Below are positions 1 to 12,529 of a DNA stretch of 64,000 nt, one piece after another. The number at the start of each line of letters is the position of its first letter. Position 1 is the stretch's first letter. The notes below the pieces were generated by a model. The model did no database searches, was not told the origin of the DNA, and saw only the letters and a list, made by a program, of their open reading frames with translations. The stretch is taken from assembly GCF_006345805.1 (NCBI RefSeq), contig NC_043002.1, positions 86,614,001 to 86,678,000 of the forward strand, written 5' to 3'. Made by a program: the position numbers and the translations under genes. The stretch comes from Octopus sinensis. Lineage: Eukaryota.

Positions 1-1373
1 TAACCCATACAATTGAGTGACCACAGGATGTCGGCATACATCTAAAGCACGAGTTCTTTAATCGTAGACCCGATCCGATACAGCAAACATATGATCAAAA
101 GCGTTCCGGTCCTGCATGTCGTGTATCAAATAATGAACTAAGCACTGTATTTTCCCATGTGTCTTTTCTATCATAGTAGGATATGAACAAGATTTTATTG
201 CCGTTCCTAGCAAATCAATCGACCACAAAGCGGGCCTCTCTTTGGCTCTAAGAGTATCTTTACAGATATCTATAAGACCAATTTTACTCAATAATTCAAT
301 TACTTAAAAACTTCGATATTTACAAGGAAAAAATCTCCGATTTTTTCGAAAATCGCACTGTTATTTAAATTACATATTGAAGTGAATAATGAGCAATAAA
401 GAATATTTAATATACGTAACGGGAGTTGAGAATTTGGAGGACCAAGAAACGATTACTCGCAACAAATAACTGTTTTTGTATCATGAAGTATAACTTACAA
501 ACACGAAGATATCACCGTGAACTCAATTACTTAATCGGGGTGTCACAAACAAGTCAACTGTCAACTCTACATTCGAATCACACAATCAAGTAATTTAAAG
601 TATCTAACTAAGGATTTATTGAGTCTACTCGCCTTGTAGCAAAACTTCTACCATCGTCATGTACAATAAATATTAAATTGTGATAGAGTGGATCTTGTGA
701 AATATTTTATTGTTGCACAGTTTTGTTTTAATTTTCTTATGTACAAATAGTGGTTAATAACTATGTAGATTATAAAACCAATTGCAGCATTAAATGTCAT
801 ATCATTTGTAACTAAACACGCTTTTACAGTTAATTCAACGAAACGTCCAGTTTTTGTTTCAATAAAACTATGGAAACCTCACTGCATTGAAATTAATGAA
901 AACTTTAGAGCCGTATTTTGACGAGGGATAAAACTACTTCTATCATTTAATTTTCTTCCTTTTTATTTATTTATTTATGTATCAATATCAGTTAGACAAG
1001 TCACATGGACAAATACATTATATATCACATATAGGGGGTGTAAATAAAAAATTATATTCAGTACTAACAAGAATCGAAACTGCATTTAATATAAATTACA
1101 TAAAATAATACTGAAATTGTTTAACATCAATATATGACTGACAATACTCGAGTTTAAAAAAACGAAAGAGGGAGTGAAAATAATGACACTCGTAACGAAG
1201 ACTTGGCGATGCTCGGAAAAACACTGATAAAAGTTACGAACATGAGAACGGCCCGTTTACTGTCGCTTGAAAGGAAACGGTAAAAAACAATGGTTGTAAA
1301 TAAACTGAACAGGAAAAGTTTATCAATCAATTATCCTCAATAACAATGGTGTAAAATGAACAGAAGTGCTTAC

Positions 1374-1421
1374 CTTGTTCTGATCACCGCCTAAAAGGTC
1401 GGGACTGTCATCTAGTCCGTC
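1374..1421 (-). CDS. SNX6: Sorting nexin 6 (SNX5/6 family), coding exon 2, 48 bp, DGLDDSPDLLGGDQNK
   Basis: Strong acceptor ttcttttcctttag and donor AAG|gtaagc, phase 0-0. Joined to the upstream ATG ATG exon it gives MMDGLDDSPDLL, matching the vertebrate SNX6 N-terminus MMEGLDDGPDFL as I recall it. Confidence 0.85.
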
Positions 1422-1559
1422 CTAAAGGAAAAGAAAAATGTGAATATGAATTTGAATATAGTGTAACGCATCAGGCTTAAATGAGATTAAATTGTCAGAA
1501 ATAATAACAAATTATGAGAAAAAGTATGAGAAAGTCGATCAGAGCCGACATCCACCCAC

Positions 1560-1565
1560 CATCAT
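1560..1565 (-). CDS. SNX6: SNX6 coding exon 1 (Met-Met only)
   Basis: Minus strand reads gcagccATGATG|gtgggt (good start context plus GT donor). A 138-bp intron (1422-1559) leads to exon 2 in phase 0. Confidence 0.8.
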
Positions 1566-1850
1566 GGCTGCCCGACAATTATGACACGTGATTTAACATT
1601 CAGTAAAGACAGCATCGATCGAATATCAACATTACACAATTGTGCGCCATGCTTTCGTACTGAATTCAAAATAAGGCGTTTTTATCTTCTGCAATTTATT
1701 ATTCCATTCATATCTAAGATGCAAAAAAGGAATGTAAATCGACTTTTGTACTGGACTGATTACTTTATATTATCGATTTTCGTAAGAATGAAAATTGATC
1801 TCACCCCGTCTGAACTCAGTATGTAAAGAGTTGATCTAAATACCTCCAGT
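1566..1850 (-). promoter_or_regulatory. SNX6 5'UTR and proximal promoter region
   Basis: Immediately upstream of the SNX6 start codon; CpG dinucleotides are retained, unlike the 6-25 kb region. The TSS cannot be placed exactly. Confidence 0.4.
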
Positions 1851-2181
1851 TTTAGTCAGGGCTAGTATACGAGTATTCGGAGAGTGAATGTAGTCGATTA
1901 GACTGACCTCATTATTCTGCTGGGACATATTTGTAGACCCAACCATCACATAAATAAAAGGCACGATTTGAACACAGAAGGAAAATGTCATAACAATACA
2001 TCGCAAAGCTCTATTTTGCCAATGCATCTTTATCAAGTGTTCATAACATTGTCTTGATTTTTATGGAATAAGAAATAATTTAATAAGCAAACTATTTTAT
2101 CCAGTACTATATTTAAGAGATGAGGAATTATGTACATTATTTACATTTGATAGATATTCGTCCTTATTTTGTTTGTTGTTA

Positions 2182-2225
2182 ACGCAACATTTCGGCTGAT
2201 ATACCCTCCAGCCTTCATCAGGTGC
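2182..2225 (-). ncRNA. Second, partly decayed hammerhead motif in the inverted arm
   Basis: Minus strand reads gcacCTGATGAaggctggagggtatatcagccGAAAtgttgcgt; stem III C>T and stem I mismatched. Confidence 0.4.
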
Positions 2226-2379
2226 ATTTGGCGTAGTGGTTAAGAGCGCGGGCTACTAACCCTAAGATTCCGAGTTCGATTCCAAGCAGTGACCTGAATA
2301 ATAATAAGAAGAAGGGGAAGAATAAAAACATCGAAAAATACCTTAGGAATGAGAATCCAGGTTCGAAATTTTCCCCAAG

Positions 2380-2423
2380 ACACCTGAGGAAGGCTGGAGG
2401 ATATATCAGCCGAAACGTTGTGT
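2380..2423 (+). ncRNA. Minimal type I hammerhead ribozyme motif (putative)
   Basis: Stem I ACAC(2380-83)/GTGT(2420-23); core CTGAGGA (2384-90); stem II GGCTG/CAGCC; GAAA (2412-15); palindromic ACGT stem III; GUU triplet. Confidence 0.55.
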
Positions 2424-3220
2424 TAACAACAAACAAGATGAGGACAAATATCCGTCAAATGTAAATAATATAGAATATTTTATCATTTACAATTTGCAAC
2501 AACATGCTTTACAATGCACCTGAAGACGGATGAAAAAAATATCGATCGAACATGACTCGACGGAATTTCGAAGAATACAAGAATGAAATAATAAAAAGTT
2601 CCGCCGCATCCCCAAGATCTGGACTGGATTATTTTAAAGTTCCTATTCTATTTCTCGATTTACTTTTTTAATCATTTCCCTTACATTAGAAAGTATAATA
2701 CGTGTTTCTTGTTTAAAAACTACAAAACAAAATTCAGTTGCTGTTATTTTATTTTCTGACACACACACGCACACAGTCATCATCATTTTAATGAACACTT
2801 TTCCATGCTTGTATGGGTCAGATAGAGTTTTATAGAGGGAGATTTCTTCTGTCTGGATGCCCTTCCTGCTGCCAACCCTCACCTTTTTCCATTCAAGATA
2901 ATATTTCCCTATGGCCAAGCATGTTTTTTCAGAATATTGGACATGAATGTCATTGCAGTTGTGCTATGTCAAGGTTAGGAGATACAAACACACACCCATG
3001 GACCTCTTTCAGATTCCATTGAGCAAATCCACTCACAGTCTTTGGTAAGCTCAGAGCTAAAGTAGAAGCTGTTTGCCCGATGTTCCACAGAGTAGGATTG
3101 AACCGGAGACCATGTGGTTGCAAAACAAATTTCTCAGCCACACTGCCATGTTTGCACCTGATAGATCTATCTGGTTGATTCCAATAATGAATGAAACTAG
3201 CCTGCTAACAAATACATTGA

Positions 3221-3578
3221 TATATATATAAACGGCAAAATGTCTGCGTGTGTGTTCTTTATACAAATCCACAATTTTTCAGTTAGAGGGCTCGCACCTT
3301 CTATGGTCATTCAAAACTGTCCAAGGGTTGTCGTGCACATCTTTACATTTCCCCAGTCACCCCGCAAAGCCATTGAAAAATCAATAGAAGTGACTTTTTT
3401 GTGAATTTTCTATCCAAAACCCAATCAAAATGCCCGAAACCTGATACGCCTTGAATGCCAGGTAGCTGTATGTGATTAGTCGGAGATTTGGACAGTACTC
3501 ACATGTATGTGCACACGCACACAGCTGTATATGCATGCACTAGCACTATGACCCGGCATTACTGGGTCATAGTGCTAG
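3221..3578 (+). mobile_element. Non-autonomous Helitron
   Basis: 5' end tatatatataaacggcaaaatgtctgcgtgtg; 3' end is a 15-bp-arm hairpin ctagcactatgaccc/gggtcatagtgctag terminating in CTAG followed by T; no TSD. Confidence 0.7.
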
Positions 3579-3584
3579 TATATA

Positions 3585-4125
3585 TATCTTTATCATTTAC
3601 TTGTTTCAGTCATTTGACTGCGGCCATGCTGGAGCACCGCCTTTTAGTCAAGCAAATCGACCCCAGGACTTATTCTTTGCAAGCCTAGTACTTATTCTAT
3701 TGTTCTCTTTTGCCAAACTGCTAAGTTACGGGGACGTAAACACACCAGCATCGGTTGTCAAGCAATGTTGAGGAAGGGACAAACACAGACACCCAAACAT
3801 CTCCATGTTTCTCTTCTTGTTTTTTTCTGTGTATCTTTCTGTCGAAGAGCATAGGCTCAAAACGTAAAAGACTTTTTCTATTCCTGAGGCTATACTAATA
3901 CATTTGTTTGTTTGTACTCCACCTGCCTTTGTCTTTAGTTTATTTTCATAAACTTTCCCTTTATATATATATATATATATACATATATACGACGGGCTTC
4001 TTTCAGTTTCCGTCTACCAAATCCACTCACAAGGCTTTGGTCGGCCTGAGGCTATAGTAGAAGATACTTGCCCAAGGTGCCACGCAGTGTGAATGAACCC
4101 AGAACCATGCAGCTGGTAAGCAAGC
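3585..4125 (-). mobile_element. tRNA-derived CORE-type SINE with internal microsatellite
   Basis: Minus strand: tRNA-like head, gcaccttgggcaagt CORE-like segment, then tail ending ggtgctccagcatggccgcagtcaaatgactgaaacaagtaaa. Many copies in the window. Confidence 0.8.
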
Positions 4126-4819
4126 TACTTTATTTCATAGAAATTTGCCATAAAGGCATTACACAGAGTAGCTGGCGGGCTAGACATAAACATTAATGAA
4201 GCGGATGATTATGATGGAAAATGATAAAAATGGGAGAAGGCAGAAGGTGCCCGCCGACCCTCTGCGTCTTTAAAACATTTTTTTTTTTCCAAAAATACAT
4301 AAACTGAAGTAATGACCCTCTTACAAAAAATATAATTTCTTTGAACCAACAGTCCATACAATCAAAATACAATTTATACACCAATTAGAGGCAATAAATC
4401 TCTACACTTCCTCCGCCAGCAAATCTCGGGCAACTTGCAGGCACTGTTTCCACCGAAATCGGGAGTTCCAATGGAGCATTCTGAAAATCTCGCCTCCACA
4501 CGAGTCAATTATCATATTGCATTATTTTCTTTCCAGCACCAGAGCAGCCACCTGCAAAGGCCACTCTGAGCTGTCAATGCAATTCGGTTCCCTTAGGATC
4601 TGACTGTCCATCTTATTTTCGACAAAACCGACAATAGCCCCTCCCTTGAGATAGCAGAACATACATTTCTTCCTACCTTCACTGGGAGGGGCCTCAACTC
4701 CCTCACCCAGTGGCACACATCCCACCGGCGAGGTCATATTTTTCACCCCCTCTGGTGGCACACATCCCACTGAAGGGGTTTCAGGACATCCGTTTTTCTT
4801 TTTCTTTTTCTTTCTTCCC

Positions 4820-4945
4820 TTCACGACAGGAGGGTGGAGCTCCTCTGGCACGTTTTTTAGCAAAACTGGAATACTATTTGGTACAGATGCTGAGTTTGGG
4901 TCTAAATCATTAATAGCCGCAAGTATATCAACTTCCATGATATTA
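4820..4945 (-). mobile_element. LINE ORF2 fragment (region between endonuclease and RT)
   Basis: DILAAINDLDPNSASVPNSIPVLLKNVPEEL resembles the AI.L...SA.GPDG.P..LLK motif of LINE ORF2. Confidence 0.55.
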
Positions 4946-4949
4946 ATTT

Positions 4950-5875
4950 TAAGTTGTGTCTCTGCACTTGAGTTGTGGGATCAAAGAATTTGATTGGATT
5001 ATGCATGGGGCTGTAATACGGACAGAGAATGCGGCCTTCCGCCTGTTGAAACGAAAGTGTTGGGGATAGAATTTGCGATCATGCCCATGAAGACCTCTAT
5101 CAGGCGCAGGGGTGAAAATCTCTGCAAATGGTAGGTTTACATGTCCGTTGAAGATGTTGAAAGTTGGATGAGATCTCCCTGCATCCTCCGTCGTTTGAGT
5201 GAAGGCAATGCCAGCCATTGGAGATGTTCCCCTTATGCAAGCTTAGACAAGCCTGTGCCCATTGGGTGGCCCAGTGCTGAACCCGCTCCACGTGCTGAAT
5301 GTCTTTCTGGGGATATGAGTTTGAGGTATGCATGCAATATTCGAGGATGGGTCGAACTAGAGTGATATATACAGGCCAAAAGACGTCCATTGAAAGGTTA
5401 GCAAAGGATCAGTGGATGAGGAAAAGATTCCTTCTGGCTTTGTTCGCCACCTCGATACCCTGCCGTGGTAGTTTGAAAGTAGTATCGATCATTATGCTGA
5501 GATCCTTTTCTTCAGTGACCATCTTAAGATGTTGATGTTTGTGACCAATAGTGAACCTATTGGCAAATGGCTGCATTCTGAGGCGATCAAGTTCAGATTC
5601 CATTCTTCTGCCCAATTTCAAGCTCGGTTCAGTGATGATTGGAGTATGTCATATTGATTCCTAGGTGAGCCAAGTTTGACATCGTCTGCAAATAGGAGAA
5701 CTCTTCCGTCAAGAAAATCTGGCAGGTCGTTGATATAGAGAAGGAAAAGTATTGGCCTCAGCACCGACTCCTGGTGCACGTCGCTGCATGCATTCATCTC
5801 CATGGAGAGATCTCCATTTATCTGCACCCAAAAGGTTCAGTAGCTCAGGAAGGAAGAAATCCATAAAGTCACCAA
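4950..5875 (-). mobile_element. Degenerate CR1-group LINE, RT and C-terminal region
   Basis: Frameshifted ORFs containing LRPILFLLYINDLPD, LLFADDVKL and YITLVRPILEYC...VERVQ. Confidence 0.85.
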
Positions 5876-6716
5876 TGGATGAATCTTGAATGCTCGAAGC
5901 TTTTGGCAGTATTCACCAAACAGCCATAACAGAGAGAATTAGAGAGCACTCTGTACGACTAGCCCAGGGTGCTGAATACCCTAATACTGACCTGAGATGT
6001 CCATTCATTCTCTTTTTTCAGACTGGGAAATGATAATTGCTAATTAGTAGATGCTATGATAGAGATTATTATGCGCTATTTCTAATTTTGTTCCCTCCAG
6101 TATAAAGTTAATGCATAGTTCCTGAAGTCAGCAGGCACAACTCAATTGGTGTAAATTCAGCTGTTGTTGAAGGAGTGTTTGTCTATCTGACTAATCAGAA
6201 ATACAAAAGAATAGTAGTCACAGACTTTGAGCAGAAGAAAGGAAATACTTTGCATATGGAAGGTCAATGCCATAAACCAGTCATGTGTAAATAGGAAGTA
6301 TCAAGGAAATGAAACAAAATGTAGAAGCTGTTCAGTGTCTAGGCATTGAGCTAATACAATATATAAGATTTTAATTAGAGACTAAATAGTCCAGACAGCA
6401 AATTCAGTACAGCAGTTGTGTAAGTTTGGACAAGATTTCTCGCAGCTTGTAAGTAAAATCTATTTCTTTTTATATTTTCATCTTCATATACAAGTTAGTC
6501 TTTTTATTAATGGGTAACTGGTGTTTTAATGCTGTTTTATAGAATGTGAACCAAAGTTTGTTGAATACTCAATGAAGTATGCTATATACATATGAATTCA
6601 AAAGAGTAAACACTGAAACTAAAATTTATATATATATATATCCATGACTGTGGTTAGGAAGTTTGCTTCAAAACTATGCTTTTGGATTCAGTACAGCTAA
6701 TTGAACAAAAGTCATC

Positions 6717-7133
6717 GGATCTTTTCGGTTTGAACGGCAGTTTTTAACATAATTTCTAGGTAACTAAAAAATTTTAAACTTCATATACTGGTAGAATGTG
6801 TTTATAAAACATCTTTTTCTCTTGGCTTTATTGAGAAAATTCTATAGTTTGTAAGATATTTGTTGTTTTTTTTCTTCAATTTCTGCAATTTCAACCAATC
6901 AATTACGTCTATTGAGATAAATAACATTCTGTGCTGTATGAATATGTCCCTCATTTAAGAAACAGATTGGGTTTATTTACATTTGTGAAGAAAAAAAAGA
7001 TACCCTTCCCCCACCCTTAACCCTAACCCTAACACAGATTGAAAAGCAATAGATCGATACGAGGGTCAGAATTATGGGTGACAATTTCATATAACACTGC
7101 TAGAAAAAACTGCCGTTCAAACCGAAAAGATCC
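6717..7133 (+). mobile_element. hAT-type MITE, copy A
   Basis: TIR GGATCTTTTCGGTTTGAACGGCAGTTTTT; 8-bp TSD aagtcatc/aagtcagc; internal CCCTAA units. Confidence 0.9.
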
Positions 7134-8178
7134 AAGTCAGCCCAAAGCTGACCATTCTACTGTGAGTGAATTTAATAGATGAAAACTGTGTAAAAGCCTG
7201 CCATATATCATTCTCCTCTTCATCATCATCTGTGTTCCATGTGGGCATGGGTGTACATACATACATACATGCATGCATAGATACATACATACATAATAAC
7301 AAAATAATAAATAAAACATATGCATATATACATTCCTTTCTTCCAAGGAATCTAATGCTCGTAGCTTAGTTTTTCCTTGGGGCTGGCCAGATTGGAGCAA
7401 TCAAGATTAATCAGCCGCAATTGCGAGGATGACCGGTTCTTGACTGAAGATTGAAGGCTTTGAATGTCCCGTCCGTGTTTTTTGTATCGTCTCCTAAATG
7501 TTTTGCGTTCTTGTCTCAGTTTGTATTTTTATACATATATATATTTATAGCGGCGTACGTACCTTCTCTCTTATATGTATGTATGCATACATATATGTAC
7601 GTACCTACATCTATATGTATATATACATGCATATATGGATACAGGACACCAAAAAACGTTGAACACAATGAGAAACGAAAACATAAAAACAAAACCATGG
7701 AAACAGACATTTTTTTAAACAACGAAAAAACGAAGTACAAGACATACAACACAAGGAAAATTCCCCTTCTTCAGCCGCCTCTGCTTCATCTACTCTGTGT
7801 TTCAAAGGTAAAGGTGAGACACGACTTCATTGAAATAGTCCTTCCTGCAAAGCAAATTAAATAAAATTTGGGATTTTTTGCGGAGGGGTAAAAGTGGTAA
7901 CAAAAACAGGACAGTAAAAACAATACAAATAAAAACAGTAAAAGACAGGACAAGAAAAATAACACTTACATACATACATACATATTAATAGCATATGGTG
8001 GTTGTTGCATTGAATGTGCTGCCACACCCGATCCCACAAAATTTCAAGCAGGGGTATAACAATGGTTTTCCATTAAGATTTGTGATTAAATCAATGAATA
8101 AAGTTAATATTTATAATGAATTTGCTATTTTCAATGGGTGTGCTGTGCACACCTTGTACACCCAGAATATATACCCCT

Positions 8179-8216
<38 letters not shown>

Positions 8217-8474
8217 ATATACATAAATGCATACATATATGTGCATATATATATATATAATATATATATATATATAATATATATATATATATGCATATAT
8301 ATATATATGTGCATGTATATATATATATATATATGGCCACAGTCCAATGATTGAAACAAGTAAAAGATAAAAAAAAATGGAATTTTGAAGTAAGAGAATT
8401 CATGAAGTTATGGAATTAGATTTGCATCAAAAACTCTTGATAAATAATTTGGAAAATTTTCATGCTGCTTTAGC

Positions 8475-8702
8475 TTAACCCTCTAGCATTCAGATTACTC
8501 CGTCAAGTGTAATGCTTGTTTATTCACATTGTTTTGAACTAACTACGCATTATCTTATAGCTTCAAGATTTTGTTGATGTGGTTGTTTATTTTTAGAATG
8601 ACATTGTAGGATAGGTGAGAGAAGCTGGATCTGATCACTTTGAATACAAGACAGGTAGAATATTTGAGCCAGATATGACCAGTTTAAATATTAAAGGATT
8701 AA
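8475..8702 (+). mobile_element. piggyBac-type MITE
   Basis: TTAA-CCCT...AGGA-TTAA ends, about 225 bp, homologous to 22178, 52457 and 52737. Confidence 0.75.
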
Positions 8703-9491
8703 ATTTGTTTTTTTTTAAAATTTATTATTAATAGCTTAGTCATGCTAAGAAAAGCAGTTCCCATAACCATTACCAGGGCCTCCAAGACTGATGTGAGGAA
8801 CTGAGGATGTTATCTTCTTACTTGAAGCTTAACTTGTATGCTTCCAAAAGAGTGAAACCCACAAAAAGCACCCAAGAGTCATATGTTGGTGTTAAAGTGG
8901 GTGACAAATAACATCTGTTCAGGAACAGGAAAGGTCTTTACAATGGGCTTCCATATAATTTCCATCAATCACATTTCACTCAGAAAATTTTTACTGATCC
9001 AAGTCTGTTTGTTCAAAGTGCTGTGCTGTGGAACTGACCTGAAAGCAATTTAATTGAGAAGGGAATTTCTTGACCACACAGCCTTATCAAGTTAATCTTG
9101 ATGGAGAATATACACCAACAGTTTGCCTAGATATTTGTATATTGTTTTCCTTAAGTCAACACATGCAACAAGATACTCTCTATAGGATCGTTCAAACTGC
9201 TAGAAATGGTAGCAAAGTACACCCTACTATCTTGATGAGGGAGGGACACTGAATAATGTTCTAGATATGACTTCTCAAGTGAAGGACAGCATGGTCTAAC
9301 AGTAACAACAAAATCACATAGTCACATTCAGAATTTATGGTCAGTGGCACTGTGAGCCAAGACAATTACAATCTTTAGTCTGTTGCTGAGAACATAAGTG
9401 GCTTCTTCAGATCTAAAGGTAAATTAATTGTGACAACTGTCAGTTTTACAATGCTGCCACTTTTGGCTGAATTGAGACATTTATACTTGTG

Positions 9492-9910
9492 GGATCTTTT
9501 TGGTTTGATTGGCAGTTTTTAACATAATTTCTAGGTAACTAAAAAATTTGAAACTTCGTATACTGGTAGAATGTGTTCATAAAACATCTTTTTCTCTTGG
9601 CTTTATTGAGAAAATTCTATAGATTGTAAGATATTTGTTTTTTTTTTCTTCAATTTCTGCAATTTCAACCAATCACTGACGTCTATTGAGGTAAAAAATA
9701 TTCTGTGCCATATGAATATGTCCCTTGTTTAAGAAACAGATTGAGTTTATTTACATTTGTGAAGAAAAAAAGATACCCTTCCCTAACCCTAACTAACCCT
9801 AGCCTTAAAATAGATTGAAATGCAATAGATCGATACTAGGGGTCATAATTATGGGTGACAATTTCATAAGACTTCGCTAGAAAAAACTGCCGTTCAAACA
9901 GAAAAGATCC
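9492..9910 (+). mobile_element. hAT-type MITE, copy B
   Basis: Same TIR family; perfect 8-bp TSD tacttgtg. Confidence 0.9.
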
Positions 9911-10718
9911 TACTTGTGATACCTATTTACCGATATGTTGTCTGAGTTAAATGCTTTGGTTACAGACACAACAAAGTGTCAGTGATAGGATATGATCTAC
10001 CACATGTCAGCTTGTTTTCTGATACACTGTGAATTCATGCTCTCAGTATGGCTTTTAAAAGGATTCATCAAAGACACTTTTATGCTTATAATTAACTATA
10101 TATTAGAATTTGTTTAAGCTACTCAGTTTATTTTTTGCTCTAACTTGTCAATGTTAGTTGTTTTCTCCTCCTTTTAACTTAGTTAATTAGTTAATCCAAA
10201 AAATATATTAGTCTTCTGCTCTCTTTGTTAATCCAATAAATACCATCCGACAAGCTTTTACAGCTGCAGATTTGTTTGTTTGTTTTCCAAACATGCAAAT
10301 GCTTTTTTCCCCTAGATATATTCATCTTCATTTCATCTATAAATATATCCATTTATTAAGACATGACAGGAACAGCATTAGAAAAAACAAGCTGAAATGT
10401 TAAATTACAAACCAAACCAGCTGCATCTTAAATGTAAAACACACCTTCTCAATTACCATTTATAAGTTACCATTTATATCTTCAGCTCATTATAATATAT
10501 CTTGGATTCTATATTCACAGTAATGTAGTTAATATAGGCCTAAATTCTCAAAGCAGCAGCTGTTCTGTCTTTGTGTTGAAGCATTTGATAGGACTTCATT
10601 TTACTTTGATATTTTTAACTTCTATATATATTTATGATGTTTTATTTCCAATTTTTCTTTAAATGTTTTCTCGTTCAAAATATATATTGCTGTTGTTTAG
10701 AAAAAGCAACTGACACAC

Positions 10719-10761
<43 letters not shown>

Positions 10762-11303
10762 TGTAATTTTCTGAATCATCAAATTTAGGTTACTAGTGTG
10801 AGAAGATATAAATAACACTGAAAGATAAGTGATTTTTCCAAGATAAAAATAAACTTCAAAACAAAAAAATTTTTTAAAATAAAGTAAAGATCAGTGTATC
10901 TGTAAGCACCCCCCCCCCACATACACACACCACACCACCAAATGTGTGAAGGACATTTGGGTATGTTGTGTACAAATCCAAAAGAACTCTAATCAAACAT
11001 ACCTACAGCCTGCAGACATTTGGTCAAAGGCAGTGATTTGGCAGAAACATTAGAATGTTGGATAGAATGTCAGGTGATTGTTGTGCCCTCTGCACTCAGA
11101 GCTCAAATTCTACAGAGGTCAGTTTTGTCTTCCATCCTTTTGAGGTCAAAAGATAACAATCCAGGGTGGTAGATTAGCAGAGCTGTTAGAGTGTTGGATC
11201 AAGTACCTTGCAGTACCTGTTCCAGCTCTTACATATTAGCAACAAATCAGCCTATAAAAAAGCTTTTGTCAAGACAAAACTGGTGATATAGGGAAGGAAA
11301 ATT

Positions 11304-11721
11304 GGATCTTTTCGGTTTGAACGGCAGTTTTTAACATAATTTCTAGGTAACTAAAAAATTTTAAACTTTGTATACTGGTAGAATGTGTTTATAAAACATC
11401 TTTTTCTCTTGGCTTTATTGAGAAAATTCTATAGTTTGTAAGATATTTGTTGTTTTTTTTTCTTCAATTTCTGCAATTTCAACCAATCACTGACGTCTAT
11501 TGAGGTAAATAACATTCTGTGCTGTATGAATATGTCCCTCGTTTGAGAAACAGATTGGGTTTATTTACATTTGTGAAGAAAAAAAAATACCCTTCCCCCC
11601 ACCCCTAACCCTAACCGTAAAACAGATTGAAATGCAATAGATCGATTCTAGGGTCATAATTATGGGTGACAATTTCATATGACACTGCTAGAAAAAACTG
11701 CCGTTCAAACCGAAAAGATCC
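11304..11721 (+). mobile_element. hAT-type MITE, copy C
   Basis: Same TIR; perfect 8-bp TSD ggaaaatt. Confidence 0.9.
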
Positions 11722-12529
11722 GGAAAATTTGCAAGTATGGGTAACTGCCTATGCATGCATATCTCCCTTCTCATATCTACAAAAAAAAAAGCATGTCCAG
11801 GTCTAACCTTGACTGATGGAGGCCCTAGATTCAATCAAATGACAAGGCGCCTCCAATAGATCTCTTGTTCTTGCTTCCATCTAGCTGAGGGCTATATTGC
11901 ACATTTAGTGACAAATTAAATGGGGTATGGTACAACAGAGAAGACTTGTAGCACATATGCATCGAATTTGTTATATTTTATGGAGTTATAAAAGATACAG
12001 ACAAGATTCAGCCAGCTTCCTGCCTTAATTTGCTGAGGCTGCGATGAGAGAATCACTGTTTTGATACACAATATCATACACGAGTCGGTGTGAAAATTTA
12101 GTTTATTTCTAAAATTTATACCAGATGTTATTTGTTCAAAGACACCATATGCATATTTATAATATCAAACTAATGTCTTTTCCACAGCACATTAATATTT
12201 CTAATTAAATATTTGACATTCAGTACATTAATTACATTAACACAAGCTCAAATTTGATTAGATCTTTATCACCATCTTCATCATCATTTTACTGTCCAGT
12301 TTTGCATGATTGCATGAATCAGGTGGAAATAGCCTAGGAAGATTTTTCTATGGCAGGATGCCATAGAAACTACCTTTCTTGGAAACTGGTGAAGCTTAAT
12401 GTTAAGACATTAACCTTCACCAGTTTCCAAGAAAGGTAGTTGACCCATGACAAGACATGTTTCCTCAGATTTGAAATGAATGACATTGATTGAATGATGA
12501 TAGCACTTGTTTACAACTATCACAACTAG

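Larger units (their letters stand above)
2095..2470 (+). mobile_element. tRNA-headed non-autonomous retroelement with Penelope-like inverted 3' copy
   Basis: A box TGGCGTAGTGG and B box GTTCGATTCC lie within about 2228-2283. Inverted repeats of about 90 bp (2136-2224 and 2381-2470) each contain a CTGANGA...GAAA core. Confidence 0.6.

Noticed and set aside
58-291. 77-aa minus-strand ORF inside SNX6 intron 2
   Set aside because: No resemblance to the expected SNX6 exon 3 (VDL.[24 protein letters not shown]) or any family I recognise.
2225-2295. Functional tRNA-Ser(ACT) gene
   Set aside because: A and B boxes and an anticodon loop are present, but there is no proper acceptor stem, the anticodon is one eukaryotes rarely use, and it is embedded in a repeat; treated as a SINE head.
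6110-6450. About 60-codon plus-strand open frame and two gtaagt donors
   Set aside because: No recognisable product and no partner exons; frames are broken by stops.
7010-7032. CCCTAA repeats as an interstitial telomere or chromosome fusion site
   Set aside because: Only 2-3 units, always at the same position inside the hAT MITE.
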